Shown: positions 48,001 to 55,133, counted from the stretch's first letter. The stretch is 64,000 nt of DNA from Oculatellaceae cyanobacterium bins.114 (GCA_033764315.1 JANRJA010000041.1:1-64000); one strand, 5' to 3'. Program-made: numbers and translations. The notes: generated by a model from the sequence alone, not told the origin.

Positions 48001-48362
48001 TGTTACAACCCGATATTAAGGGAGTAGAATATCTGCTGGGCAACCATGACGAACAACCCAACGCCAGTATCTTGCGGGTCGATTGGCGAACCAATCAACA
48101 AATCGCCATCTCCAGAGCTGAGGAAAATAGCGGCACCTTTGGTAACTTTGATCTCAACATCTTATTTGACGATCGCTACTTTCCCTTTGAGGGCACTGGA
48201 GCCGTTTCTTCTTGGCGATTAGAGTTGCCCCAAGAAACCCCCAATCGCTTTCCCCTCGACAAGATCGATGATGTTGTGATTCGCTTGCGCTATACCGCCA
48301 AAACCGATAGTGGCAAATTTAAACAGGATGTGATCAAGCGACTAAAGTCATCTGCTGAGTAG
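33054..48362 (+). CDS. Giant toxin-complex A-subunit (TcA-like) protein with LamG and ConA-like domain arrays
   Basis: SIFGPAAYFVDLL..RRPDL (VRP1/TcA N-term); ETSRI..ASLQLYVQRC and WEANRKVFLYPENYIEPELRD.KTPLF; YYWEIFFHIP; DPHAIA; LLDWGD; YWDRVEDRLYKIRH; GLLAGESL; FDEDYPGHY; PFEGTGAVSSW. GGGAGA precedes ATG 33054. Confidence 0.88.
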   Translation: MMSIDLQVATREVFERFRETYPELGSITAIAAQSEDSFVNAHIDKFEGGSREARQVYRLAVNLKQKADFLWLNIQDVFAAHLQQTLFNNLPTDLPDTFISHQAEIPAYKRLFGGFDVIEQEHCRSIFGPAAYFVDLLRFIEANITQKLSSIPAACQLNWRRPDLSRIRLDCNNAHELIPYVELVNELLETFVKTIETADQDAYEILKKEVFPMHLPYHLPLDEIRSYLKQLKTSLYQIYRIFERSPQTGSNTTSPNTGFQERMTGEALELSPEEFSLLVSELAAPLQVYGDVPLTGREGLENIDVFLEQTELTRKELNQLLFQDLDRHEINAGLSRLFFINNVNDGLGYLTIAVADSNAAITAVNAVASTAETNDYDKLLNLSLAKLDRIYRFLKLARKLNWSFADLDWALRSLHTPYIPETALLFDGVNDYVECRDVHNLDLSEFTLEAWINPTEPGRNVIISKGNEAEHQLHFMVWVDSANRLAFYGKLSTPGDIEIKSLSTIPVGVFTHVAVVVDEYYGTICLFINGDLVNIDVDINEPPDTEASSPIEQKDVQVARLGNRKIVSVGDDLYIGRDLYDEHFTGIIKEVRIWSNSRSQLEIQEYRYRRLTGQEQRLVAYWALTETPSNTLLDLTPNENHGVMGGAQFSTQPKWVQRDLVLDALSAGQGLRLNGVDDYLAAKGVNYGDLKEVTLEVWIKLEARSEKNTILFKGNKATGQSQFAVWINADGKLVFQSDSLAKPYTSEDSIPLGELTHIALALDQEGTSRKQILKIYFNGILDVQIYVDPADPDILPVTAQEGDRANSYLLVGRSVEGAYFNGVIRELRIWNQARTKDQIALYLYRPISAGEAGLIGYWRLDEIDISPDSIAPDLVTGVRHPLMLGGIAPDHAPDRITLSDRLLPPLPIAVSGTVLQFDGDNDVIVIHEAKRADQHNSKRWGLGQYDRFTLEFWFNAQEQALSDRQQVLFSQGDAEAGLSVYLLQHRLHVLVWTNNFEGNALQQSLFKSEPITYHQWYHLAIAQDEFPTPNGPDARPLPLEPIELRVYLNGNLLPTPSGTQTALGFRLSPVGVAYLGGLGERGITKFEDAYSAIEVEHLYFFSGQITDLRLWKIAKTAAQIESDRHVAPTTSPDLVAYFPTTETQGNEIKDCTENLANVDVGTLQSRNIAFVTNGSGIELENTFSHYVTPTVLTWSNYIYTGRIYIDSEAAAIGVTFLSQYPNHEARFYRLQRHAQRPQFHLVAHTYGFQPLTLVKEVEVIPQPNTWYRFRVRVEDINNQTEIKVQIWEDELDNIEPPEDAFQLQAIDTSSYRLTQGTVGVWAFGDGKKRFDRLKVERIAPIGLLGETLLTDSNFEPYDPPTDPSGWNHTSDRIDFQQNALLFKSVTLDGNQVLRTDQTLENMQSFYDLPEALTWSNYVYTGKIRFTATDSGAGVSVLSRYPDGKDQCYRLQRDRLKSKFYLDARPYGIQPITGTVESGVESRPEVWYRFRIEVRNTETTTSIKARVWEAGTNEPTTFQMDVTDTSPIRIQSGTVGVWASDSGSKYFDELQVVFLPNILLEENFAQYSLNQDPDFWVDTSTRINFDEVTPLFKAVADPTDAGNIVLGFTETGDRELNSAYSHYAKPTENPTVLTWTNYIYTGRFYVADLTGSIGVTVLSQFPNRQERCYRLGYDGNFSTTFQVVSVIPGDIASLSGKSDSGVVAQANTWFRFRIEVESNDTANQTRIRARIWQHGTPEPQVFQIDAFEAGDQRLKAGTVGIWVADLGLKLFDDLRVQRRILYSTNFGTTPVGQLPPDWQITKGNRAFKVVEVAGNRVLSTEQGQSNEIHAHLRSPETLTWSHYTYTGRFYIDSPSEIEAGKSIAKGGGIGVSFFSRYTATETNSLNRNRYYRMRVGAATGERTFGLRADPGGVTSDTNQRDTNIRVEVKTWYRFQVEVYNTATRTEMQAKVWKESDPMPEAFQMEGYDDSTPNLAQKLPGRVTSGTIGVWAEGEGIKYFDDLQVSEGMILFEEFAPLSLNQHPNNWVDTSIRHSFVPEPGLFKTIEVDGKTVFGTTSEKYSAHSHYTLPGEVLNWSNYTYMGKLRLTDANGGIGVTVLSRYPEDRDTYYRLSYGRTTQFNTFHLVAYPYTPVRLMGDTDSGITPALNVWYRFRMTVQDAGDRTTIKAKIWQDGHDEPVEYSIDAYDNSGNPGGNGTARLTSGTVGVWGAGQGSKFFDELAVFRHITVLEDFGNDASDTNPPQWRNVSARSLFATDLTLFATADVSDNTLHWTAVDNYPLLLRPLNQQALRFDGRGEYVAGALQQPLELTQFTVAAWIQLTGSPNPLVEQENPIVGLGGLTLAGQAVKLWFGITVGTEGQQHFKLSVSQVQDQTRLIDQTHPIPLGEFVYVAVQVDGDRVTFYLAGEQDFANEANVRKLQTPLALRVNRIEIGRDLGTRYFAGQIKELRLWNVARPLDGAIADRYQRPVVSRELVGYWAFNETQGTETRDASMSGNTLWLGDSVGARQPDLVDLTEADRGFWRSQRQVLGFNGTDQRVTLSDQGSGSARLRRTIEVWFRVEDKGIGDRKQVIYHEGDDQRGLNIYLFDGCLYFGGYNVSPIESDWQGTWIKTDRIQSGKWHHVALVLDGRAEVRPASFRAFLDGRSIDVSPGSQLWGDRPPSSMGGVSSKVRFHDGVSLDRPGHFFRGQILELRVWNTVRTATQIATYRMAELQGDEPFLALWWVFDGLTSTPNGVEILDMSGNRHTAIVESGQIQPIILPQRATLPETDLTAPVLDGLATIKQLQDQSNLSIDRLVALWYRIKHMGREDKTTLFDQVFNPKGIAGDARRNSEAARWEAYPIVRWGRLGQENLNRDRQIRTRLMGALQTSDADLNTIVESLSGLDPIIDLDSAYLNQLYRLARLSRLLGLGVNDLLRLMDWMQLQSVNSLSDVVQLVERADWLKLTGITVADLEFFASPVGGDRLLGITEATIRDVADSLIRQSRDFLVNGDSFVSNEISQAQAIALFAALTTSGFLSPTDFVDGKRAVTEQYQGLNDLSNLNLSDLELQEQLRPHWVQVDALLTRLRDEHKNALLVELATLFDTQPDVMQVVFAEYESLMQPIQFLTEMQTLQTPGSILSNNLIVYLNTLTKVLTLATRFGLTAAELAVLFDHPDYFSVNSVLQPAIADLNSLYQFKTFKTLYSDTQGNLVQLLQTTTALDATQAIVTLTGWDEEQLRRLQVYFGSTRLYNRLADLAQLQPSIDLAQSLQVDVDLLIQLVLPQQTFQGFQQLAAALLKVLQAQYSTEDWQTVYKPIRNQISVRRRDALLGLALRKLAQKTGDRRDADLLYEYFLVDPQVGSEVETSRILQATASLQLYVQRCLMNLEKGVDPSKVPLKEWEWMKNYRVWEANRKVFLYPENYIEPELRDTKTPLFEELEQELLQSDINQRSVERAYTNYLDKFAELANLRIVGSYLRKLSDTEKILYLIGRTDTQPRIYYYRELHLVDEQPSRWLPWYKIDLTINSDYVTPVYAFDRLFLFWAEITKTTESFDVDGTQQSRDVYEPTVKYSYYNFSEAWAQPQTYLQLGRKLDQATIQLQQWQRVNVQRGIVPRSPDSLGNNSGDDNTAQPVNVLKVARKNNQANFALERSVYFDSSDSTWSIWAKLIDQGVVSSSLQSTTLELFTYTNGQLAIAVLAQQAVISLPTASLTQKAIEKPLLDKLNPVFLQARRLLKASEAAIAFIETRPSLERSFNELNSLDQATTLLREANQQFSQTLNELQVELGTTRTEVLRRIETEITSLATGIATMAQQVRLLVTVSSEEIDITRQIVWVGEQTNRQVVKILQNVEDQPTKAQFVWGTPSLTLQVILGGRLVLESPMEFGKWTHIALTFQPQSDRSTLWLCTTKLGELSTTQACEVFLDRLPTTGLLTVGIPNKPDLSSSELVTAQLSEFQLWSYARDQATIVDEMSQRKDGNELGLILHLPLDTDGGNANLVIEPSNAGGNGLFLRRSRFSLPYQINVDQERMLVFYGDTLGTLRNNLDDQSFGLTLERRNTQPHYDVTITQSNLHIVTTAGLSMNDFAAGGDTQSRTADVTLAGTTYNLRNYNPEYLRSIVITYDRLTQSGQLVPPVLTTLVNAINAYLNETISSNNNLLQNLPAFESTVFDVNNQPGWYIVNTKNEQFLLMAEQPAKTVEERLKFEYGKTQTRSAPQPITVYFDADLSLQVPDQATPPGFKFKLERISTYAIHKLSQNLFKGGLDALVSRQSQLTQEWNFGDYQHNPERVTPPSTYQGTTPETIDFNGAYGVYYWEIFFHIPFLIANRLNANQNFADAQRWYHYIFDPTARETASPGQHPGDRYWQFVPFRNRQSTSLAELLTNSTALAEYRNDPFDPHAIARLRLVAYQKAIVMKYIDNLLDWGDALFTRDTRESINEATMLYVLGYNLLGQRPNVKTVKELREVGTYADFLKEHEALEQANTDLIQQNNLDFEFWSGDERTLLKTNGANPHRQLITSFLVPENETFIGYWDRVEDRLYKIRHSLNIEGVFRQLALFDPPIDPMALVRAVAGGRDLGSVLNDVNAPVPHYRYAYLLEKAKEMVSFVTELGGSLLEVIEKREAAQLEVMLNTHEQSILDLTTQVKRWELDGAQKQLDQLQINKQRTEDKKEYLTKLINNDLSTEEEASLTLKGLAQGSRTVASVLKFLASNFYAIPDVIAGAAGVASPVALTKAGGEGVGNVLQGISDGTEMVADVLDTAADMTEKIGEYKRRKGEWEQEKKVAESELREIDVQIAVAQIELQKTQRELLLHQKAITQSQEIATFYRSKFSNQTLHNWMIGRLSALYFQAYKLAYDLAKSAEKALQFELPTTDTFISFGHWDSLKKGLLAGESLMLELNRMSKFHLDRDSRFLEMEKTISLKVSPNLSGELQTLSNKLSDLKSSGVCEFNLSERLFDEDYPGHYCRLLKTISISIQVNFEGMSPDERRELELRSVNATVIQRSNKTLLQPDIKGVEYLLGNHDEQPNASILRVDWRTNQQIAISRAEENSGTFGNFDLNILFDDRYFPFEGTGAVSSWRLELPQETPNRFPLDKIDDVVIRLRYTAKTDSGKFKQDVIKRLKSSAE

Positions 48363-48380
48363 AGGAACTGGGAAATAGGG

Positions 48381-48404
48381 AAGGGGTGTGGGAACACCCC
48401 TTTT
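48381..48404. terminator. Rho-independent terminator between convergent genes
   Basis: aaggggtgt-ggga-acacccctt followed by a T run. Confidence 0.7.
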
Positions 48405-48415
48405 CTCAGCAACTC

Positions 48416-49696
48416 TCAACGACCCGGTAAAGGTTGTACTGCGCCGCATTGCCGACAATGGGGCAAGTACTTATACGTCGGCTCATGACAAGTTGGACAC
48501 TCTGTATATTGGTTGTAACCACAGTGAGGACAATGAACATCATGACGGCGAATGCGCTTTGCACACTTAATGCAACTCGAATTTTGAACTCGCTTAGCCG
48601 CTTGAATTTTAGGATTAAACGCAAATCGCTGAAAGAACTTAATGATGCCAAATCCAATCAGAGGGATGAGCAAAATATAGAGATAGCTGACTAAAAATAG
48701 TAAACCACCCAATAGGGTGCTGACAGCGTTGACGATCAGTTCAAAAAATGCCCCGACTTGTAGAAATTCAAACGCTTTAAAGACCAGTGGAATGAAGAAA
48801 ATGACTAATAGATGCCAGCTGATCAGAGCAACTAACCCATACCCTCGACGTTGGGATTGGTGATGCACAAACCCCGTAAATACAATCAGCGGCAGTAGAA
48901 AGAGCACCTGAAATGAAAGCTGAATGCTGGGATACCAAAAGGAGTCATGGTCATACTCTGCCTGCACTGTCTGAAATTGCCCATCATCCTTTAAAAAATT
49001 CAAGAAAGTAGTGCTTTCAGGCTTGTTAATCAAATCAGTCCGAAGTGCGTCACTTTCTGCTTTTAATGTGGCAATTTGACGAGCATTTTGGTCGAGGGTT
49101 TCTTTAACTCTGGCGGCTTCAACGGGGTTAATAGATTGTTCACGGGGTTGCCCTGCAATCTCTTCTAGCAGGGTTGAGTCATATTGAGCCCGCAGATTGC
49201 GATTGGCATCTTCTAAAGTGGCAATTTGGCTCTGCTTTTGATCAACCGTCTGAATAATTTGTTGGTTATCCGAATTGACGATCGGATCGGCATAACTAGC
49301 ATAGGTTAGACAGATTTGTGAGACAGTGCCTAAATGACCGTTTTCAGCATCGGTATAGGTTTGTCGCAAACTGGGTTGACCCGTAGGAGCACTAGTAGGA
49401 GCAGCGATCGCCCGCAAGATATCGTAGCCTTTAGAGGCTGTGGTTTGGGCACGGTAGTCATTCCAACTGGTATAGCAGGGATGTACCTGCCAGGGGCTGA
49501 GATACCACTGGCTAATATCACTTAGCCCAGAGAAGACATTAACCAGAATAAAAATATCAATCAAAACAAGAACAATCAAACTCACCTTGTTGAGGGGTTC
49601 ATTGTTGATTGTTCTAGACTTACTGAAAAATTGTCTGACGAGACGACGGATTCTGTTTAGCATAGGAGTTGAGCTAACACCAAGGAGTAGCGACAT
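48416..49696 (-). CDS. Membrane protein with coiled-coil loop and C-terminal double zinc ribbon
   Basis: TM segments, coiled-coil stretch, CIKC/CPHC/CPTC/CRQC. Confidence 0.85.
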   Translation of the reverse strand: MSLLLGVSSTPMLNRIRRLVRQFFSKSRTINNEPLNKVSLIVLVLIDIFILVNVFSGLSDISQWYLSPWQVHPCYTSWNDYRAQTTASKGYDILRAIAAPTSAPTGQPSLRQTYTDAENGHLGTVSQICLTYASYADPIVNSDNQQIIQTVDQKQSQIATLEDANRNLRAQYDSTLLEEIAGQPREQSINPVEAARVKETLDQNARQIATLKAESDALRTDLINKPESTTFLNFLKDDGQFQTVQAEYDHDSFWYPSIQLSFQVLFLLPLIVFTGFVHHQSQRRGYGLVALISWHLLVIFFIPLVFKAFEFLQVGAFFELIVNAVSTLLGGLLFLVSYLYILLIPLIGFGIIKFFQRFAFNPKIQAAKRVQNSSCIKCAKRIRRHDVHCPHCGYNQYTECPTCHEPTYKYLPHCRQCGAVQPLPGR

Positions 49697-49798
49697 AGGT
49701 GCGATCGCTTTCCTATGCTATCTGGCTTTGTGGCTCAAGTCGTTTAAGAGCGACGCTATCTCATCTGGCACACTTCCCCTCAACGCCATCCTAAGCTC

Positions 49799-51103
49799 TC
49801 AGCCCTTTCTCTGATTGGGGACTGAAACGGCTTGCCGCACCAAGTCAAAATATTGCTTTGAAATGATGGAAGGTGTGAAATGGTTTTGTAAGTAGTGTCG
49901 TCCCGACTCACCCATCTGTTGTGCAAGCTGGCGATCGCCCTTCAGTAACCGAATAAAACTGGCCAATGCAGCCCCATTGCCATTTTCAAAAGTGGCACCA
50001 CACTGAGCTTGTTTAATCAGTGTTCTGAGATAGGATCGGTTGTCGCAGATGGCTGCAATAGGTCGTCCGGTAGCGAGCGCAGAATACAATTTGCTGGGGG
50101 CGACCAGTCCTTCCATATTCGAGTCAACACTGACCAAGGTTAAGTCACAAGCCGTCAGGGAATAGGGCAAGACCTGTTTGTCTTGATAGGGCAAAAACAA
50201 CACGTTGTTCAGTTGGGCGGCTTTAACATAGTCAAGACACAGTTGCCGTCTGCCTCCATCTCCAATAAAGACAAATCGGATAGGTTCGTCACGCAACTCC
50301 TCAATGGCAGTCATGATGGTGTCGAGATCATGACAACGTCCCATATTTCCAGAATAAAGGACTGTGAATGGCTCGACTAGATCATGTCTTTGAGCAAACC
50401 AATTCACTTTTTTGTCGAGGGGCGCAATCCAATCAGGGTCAGCCCAACTGTGAATCACGTAGACTTTATCTGCCACTTCAGGGCAGTGGTTGATGACTCG
50501 CTTTTTCATGCTGGGGCTGAGTACGATGATGGCTTCAGCCTGTCGCCAGATCTTTTGGTTCATCCGTCGCCACAACTTTGCTAATCGGTGTCTTTCAGGA
50601 ATGACACCAAGCTGAACCGCAATGTCAGGGTACAAGTCATAAAGTAAACAGATATAACGCTGCTTGAACCACAACTTGGCTAAATAGCCCAATAGAGGCA
50701 GGAATGGAGGTGCCGTTGTCAGCAACAAAATGTGGCTGTGGCGCATCAGGGATAAGTGGAGCAACGCCCGCAAACAAAAAAGGACACCATTGAGAGTTTT
50801 ACCCCGAATACGGTGTGACCAAAACCGAGCAGTGCGCGATCGCTGTACTCTCACCCGATCAATGTATTCATTTGAGGGAGCTGTGGCTTCGTGAAATGCA
50901 TAACACGGTTGTCCCGTGAAAATGTCAACGGCTAGTCCTTGCTCACTCAATAAATGTGCCAATTCATCAATTAATTGCCCGGTAGGCGCATAATCGGGTG
51001 GAAAAAATTGAGTAATGATGGATAGCTTAATGGGATCTTTAGGAGTAACACTCGCTGCTGTTTTTGTTCCTAAAAACCAGAGTCTACGCTGGGATAATTT
51101 CAT
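49799..51103 (-). CDS. Glycosyltransferase family 4 (WcaI-like)
   Basis: ITQFFPPD, DLYPD, YSGNMG, PSKLY. Confidence 0.92.
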   Translation of the reverse strand: MKLSQRRLWFLGTKTAASVTPKDPIKLSIITQFFPPDYAPTGQLIDELAHLLSEQGLAVDIFTGQPCYAFHEATAPSNEYIDRVRVQRSRTARFWSHRIRGKTLNGVLFCLRALLHLSLMRHSHILLLTTAPPFLPLLGYLAKLWFKQRYICLLYDLYPDIAVQLGVIPERHRLAKLWRRMNQKIWRQAEAIIVLSPSMKKRVINHCPEVADKVYVIHSWADPDWIAPLDKKVNWFAQRHDLVEPFTVLYSGNMGRCHDLDTIMTAIEELRDEPIRFVFIGDGGRRQLCLDYVKAAQLNNVLFLPYQDKQVLPYSLTACDLTLVSVDSNMEGLVAPSKLYSALATGRPIAAICDNRSYLRTLIKQAQCGATFENGNGAALASFIRLLKGDRQLAQQMGESGRHYLQNHFTPSIISKQYFDLVRQAVSVPNQRKG

Positions 51104-51470
51104 TCGGATTCGATTCGCTCAACAACAGGTAAACACGGACAATGAACCCCAACAAGCCCTAAAAAATGGCTTGCGAGGGGCGCAGCCCTGTGGTGATGCA
51201 AATTGACCCTGTAAGTGTTGCAAACCTTAGGAAGCCCTAAGTGATGCCACTGCTTAACAACACGATGTTGTCTTAATAATCACAGTCAGCATTCAAAGTA
51301 AATTTGATGCGTTCCGGAGTGAATGACGCAAAATGAGTTGAATTTGTTGCCTCAAAATTACTATCTTGTTGCGTTTAATTAATGCAAAATATTCTTTTCC
51401 CAACGTATTTTTGTTAATACAAATATTCTTTTCCCAAAAATATTCTTAAGTTGTTGTCTTTAAATTGACA

Positions 51471-52043
51471 TCAACTGAGATGGGCTGCCTGAGCTGGGTC
51501 AGCACCTCTCGCTTTGTTGTGTAACTTTGGATTGAGGCTAGCCCCCGTACGACCTGTAGCAATCCACAAGAGCGATCGCCCAATATCTCGACTGACATGC
51601 AGAATTGTTTCAGAAGGGTGCTTGGAGGACATGGAAACAGGCGTAGTGAGAATGCCTCGACTACCAAAGACAAAAAAGGCGATCGCTCTGGCTCGACGCA
51701 TATGAAAGTCAGAGGTAATTAAATAAACATGACGAATCCCTTGCGTTTGAAAGTCGTGAACCAATGAGGTGAAGTTGGTCACAGTATCTACAGCGCGGTA
51801 GTCAAGATAGAGGCGATCGAGGGAAATGTCAGCTGCTTGAAATAGAGATTTGGCTTTATGAGATGAAATGCCAGTGGAAACCCAAATGGGTAGGTCAGGA
51901 TGCAACGTGGCAAATTGAGTAGTGAATTCTTCCCGATCTTCCCCACCTCCTAGTGTGAAAATGGCTTGCGGTTGGGGATAAGCTGAGTGGGCGATCGCTA
52001 GGTTGAAGCTAATGCTGCCAATCAGTGCTAACAACTTCATCAA
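51471..52043 (-). CDS. YdcF/DUF218 family protein
   Basis: FTLGGG..RE, AVDTVTNF, LITSDFHMRRA. Confidence 0.88.
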   Translation of the reverse strand: MMKLLALIGSISFNLAIAHSAYPQPQAIFTLGGGEDREEFTTQFATLHPDLPIWVSTGISSHKAKSLFQAADISLDRLYLDYRAVDTVTNFTSLVHDFQTQGIRHVYLITSDFHMRRARAIAFFVFGSRGILTTPVSMSSKHPSETILHVSRDIGRSLLWIATGRTGASLNPKLHNKARGADPAQAAHLS

Positions 52044-52269
52044 TATAGCTAGGCCAACTCCCCCTCAGTCAAGCTTTAGCCTGTTGAGGAGTTGTTTTTT
52101 AGACATGGAGAGAAGAGGAGGTGCATTGCCTCTACTAATCTAATCGATAGTCCAGGTTTTGCTGGTTTAAATCTTTAAAAATACTGTGTGCACAATTCAA
52201 GAATGCAAGAAAAAACCGTAGCGTGGGTATTACCCACCATTCTTGAGTCACTGCTTTTGAGTCACTGTC

Positions 52270-53487
52270 TTAAAAAACAATATCGTGTGGCAGGCGTTGG
52301 TTTTCAATAATCAGGGTGTAAACCTCTGCCAGGTGTAGAGCGATCGACTTCCACGAATAGTTATAACTGGCAAATGTTCTGCCGTTTTGCCCCAGTTGTT
52401 CTCTCAATGTTGCGCTATCTAATAGTTGAGCGATCGCCTGAGTAAACGCTTCGACCTCACCCTCAACCACTAACCCAGCTTTGGCATTGGCTACATCAGT
52501 GGCGATTTGAATGCCGGGAGTAATCACAACAGGAAGTTGGGCTGCCATTGCCTCGGCAATGGCTACCCCAAAGTTTTCAGAAAAGGACGGTAAGGCAAAT
52601 AGGTCTGAGCCTTGCAACAACAGATCTTTCTCTGAACCAGTGACAAAGCCCACAAAGGTTGTGTGAGCCGCGATCCCTAATGAACTCATCAGGTGCATCA
52701 AACTATCCACATACTCAGCTTCACCAGAGCCTGCCAAAATTAAGTGAACGTCTTGATTTTGGGCGATCAATTGGCGGAGCGATCGCAAAAGCACCTCAGG
52801 ACGTTTTTTGTAATGCAGTCGCGAGAGAAACAACACAATAGAGCGGTTAGATGGAATGCCATAGCGTTGATGTAGCTTTTGTTTGGCATTGGGTTGTAGC
52901 ACAGGTAAATGGACACCCAGTGGCAGGGTTACGGTTGGGGCTTTGATGCCAAAACGACGGACATCTTTTGCCTCATCGATGGCTGTGCAATGAATGGCAG
53001 CAGCCCGATTGAGGTTACGACGCTCGATTAAGAGCGTATAAATTTGCTTCTTTAACCGACTCTGTGCCAATGCCCAAGGGGTCAACTGACCCATCGTGCG
53101 GACGGTATAGGGAATGTTGTAGTGCTGTGCGATCGCGGCTGCACAGGTCGGAGCATAGGAAAACAGATAATGGTTATCAACAACGCTGTAATTTTGAATG
53201 CGTTGCCAAAGCCATTGAGTCATTACTGGAGAAAAAATAAACTCCTTGAGAGGTGGCGAAAATCGAGGTGAAAACCAAACAGGGACAGTAATTTTTTCAG
53301 GGGTTTCAGTTGTGTAATCAACTCGCTGATTGAAGGGTACATCTAGGAAGTTAAAACCATCATCATTGGTGGTCGCAATTTCAGCGTCAACGCCACACTC
53401 GCGCAGTGCCTTCACTAGGTTTAAGACAACATAGGTTGGACCCCCTAACGCAGGACTGATTGAGGGGATGACGTGGAGTACTTTCAT
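52270..53487 (-). CDS. Glycosyltransferase family 4
   Basis: MKVLHVIPS..GGP (ATG 53487), FLSRLHYKK, SENFGVAIAEAM. Confidence 0.92.
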   Translation of the reverse strand: MKVLHVIPSISPALGGPTYVVLNLVKALRECGVDAEIATTNDDGFNFLDVPFNQRVDYTTETPEKITVPVWFSPRFSPPLKEFIFSPVMTQWLWQRIQNYSVVDNHYLFSYAPTCAAAIAQHYNIPYTVRTMGQLTPWALAQSRLKKQIYTLLIERRNLNRAAAIHCTAIDEAKDVRRFGIKAPTVTLPLGVHLPVLQPNAKQKLHQRYGIPSNRSIVLFLSRLHYKKRPEVLLRSLRQLIAQNQDVHLILAGSGEAEYVDSLMHLMSSLGIAAHTTFVGFVTGSEKDLLLQGSDLFALPSFSENFGVAIAEAMAAQLPVVITPGIQIATDVANAKAGLVVEGEVEAFTQAIAQLLDSATLREQLGQNGRTFASYNYSWKSIALHLAEVYTLIIENQRLPHDIVF

Positions 53488-53509
53488 AATGTAGTCAGGT
53501 ATAGTCAGG

Positions 53510-54961
53510 TTAGCGACCAAACCCAAATTTTCTAAATACAAGTAGGGCGATCACAGGGAGAATAGCAGTCGTCAACCAAAACATACTTCGCATAGTAATG
53601 CCAGCTGCAAAAAAGCCGAGTGCATAAACTACCAAGGAATAGTCTGATTGCCCTTGTATCGCCATGCGATTCCACCAAGCTGCTAAGGCACCAAACAATA
53701 AAGACATGCCAATCACTCCCAGCCAGCCAGCCATCATATAACTTTCTCCTAGATAGGTTGTAGCTACTGTCCAGCCTTTAGCTCCTGTTAATTCCTCAAT
53801 ACTGACACTTAATCCTTCAGGTTTTCCGGGCCAAAATGCACGTGGAACAGGTTTGATCAGTGCCCAGGAAATGATTTCAAAGCCTAAAAAAGGGTGTTTG
53901 TCTGGAAAAGCATCAATTACAGGAGCAAGCGATACTAGGTTATAGTCAACGGCTAATGTCTGCCGCACTGTATCACCCGCATAGACTTGATTAACAATAT
54001 AGTTACGAAGACCCATCGTTCTAAACTCCAGCATGTGGTAGGAAGCAAATAGAGAAATGAAAACCGCTACCAGAATGGGGAGAATTGTATTTCTGAAATT
54101 GTTAACCCGAAGGGTTAAAAGATAACCCATTAAAAAAGTTGCAACATAAGCAATAAAAATATTTCGAGTTCCACTTGAAAATCCTTGAAACATTACTAGA
54201 GCAAAGATTGCTAGAACAATCAAAATCTGAACTCTAGAAAAGAACTGACGTCGGTTCCAAATGACACCTGTTAAAGGAGGAATGGCGTAGCAAAGAAGAT
54301 TGAGTTCGGTAAGAAGACTGCTCCAGCTTCCTAGTCTGCCCCGTGTCCAAGGTTCAGAAAAGCGGGGTCCTAACATACCATCAATCAGTGCCAGCGGATT
54401 AAACTGAACCGATATCAGCATATATAGATAACCCATAAAAGCACACACAACAATAGTGCGAAATAGAGTAGCGTTAGAGATCTCTAAATTAATCCGATCA
54501 GAACGAATTGGTTTTGTAGTAACGAGATGACGTCCGAGCGTCAACCCAGTTATACCCAACAACACGGCATCTAGAGCATGGGCAGTACCCATCACTTCAA
54601 CGATGCGATTAAAGTCGTCTTGCGGAAATAGAAATTCCGCTAGAGTTAAGCCATAAATTCCAATTAGACAAAGTAGATCAGTGCGAAATAGGTTGTATAG
54701 CCCCTTGCGACCATCAAAAAAAACACTGGCCAAGAAAGCAATACCTATGGCGATCGCTGTTACTCTTGCCATTTCAGAAGGTGTCTCTCCTGACGGATAT
54801 AGCATATAGGCTAGGATGATACCCATCAACAAACAGGCTGTACCTGATAAGGTGGGTGTCGGAGGGAAATACACCCTAGTAGTTAAATGCGAATGATGGA
54901 GACCATAGGGATTATAGAGATTCTCTGGAGGAGATTCAGGTTTGTAGTTTGACCACACCAT
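53510..54961 (-). CDS. Polytopic membrane protein, Wzy-like polysaccharide polymerase
   Basis: Many TM helices, SGTR and VPRAFWPGKP motifs, within the GT cluster. Confidence 0.7.
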   Translation of the reverse strand: MVWSNYKPESPPENLYNPYGLHHSHLTTRVYFPPTPTLSGTACLLMGIILAYMLYPSGETPSEMARVTAIAIGIAFLASVFFDGRKGLYNLFRTDLLCLIGIYGLTLAEFLFPQDDFNRIVEVMGTAHALDAVLLGITGLTLGRHLVTTKPIRSDRINLEISNATLFRTIVVCAFMGYLYMLISVQFNPLALIDGMLGPRFSEPWTRGRLGSWSSLLTELNLLCYAIPPLTGVIWNRRQFFSRVQILIVLAIFALVMFQGFSSGTRNIFIAYVATFLMGYLLTLRVNNFRNTILPILVAVFISLFASYHMLEFRTMGLRNYIVNQVYAGDTVRQTLAVDYNLVSLAPVIDAFPDKHPFLGFEIISWALIKPVPRAFWPGKPEGLSVSIEELTGAKGWTVATTYLGESYMMAGWLGVIGMSLLFGALAAWWNRMAIQGQSDYSLVVYALGFFAAGITMRSMFWLTTAILPVIALLVFRKFGFGR

Positions 54962-55133
54962 ATTTTAAAAATAGAGTTTATTGAGATAATATTGCCCGTT
55001 GAAAGGATGTTAGTGGTGTATCTTTAAAAGTCTCATTAAGAGGGATAAACACAGTCAGGTAAAACGCTTAAGAATAGAAGAAATAGAATAAAACTTATTT
55101 TTTAAGAACTAAAATATCTGATTGTAAAGATGT

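Noticed and set aside
51388-51446. aaatattcttttcccaa direct repeat
   Set aside because: Short AT-rich duplication with no further support for function.
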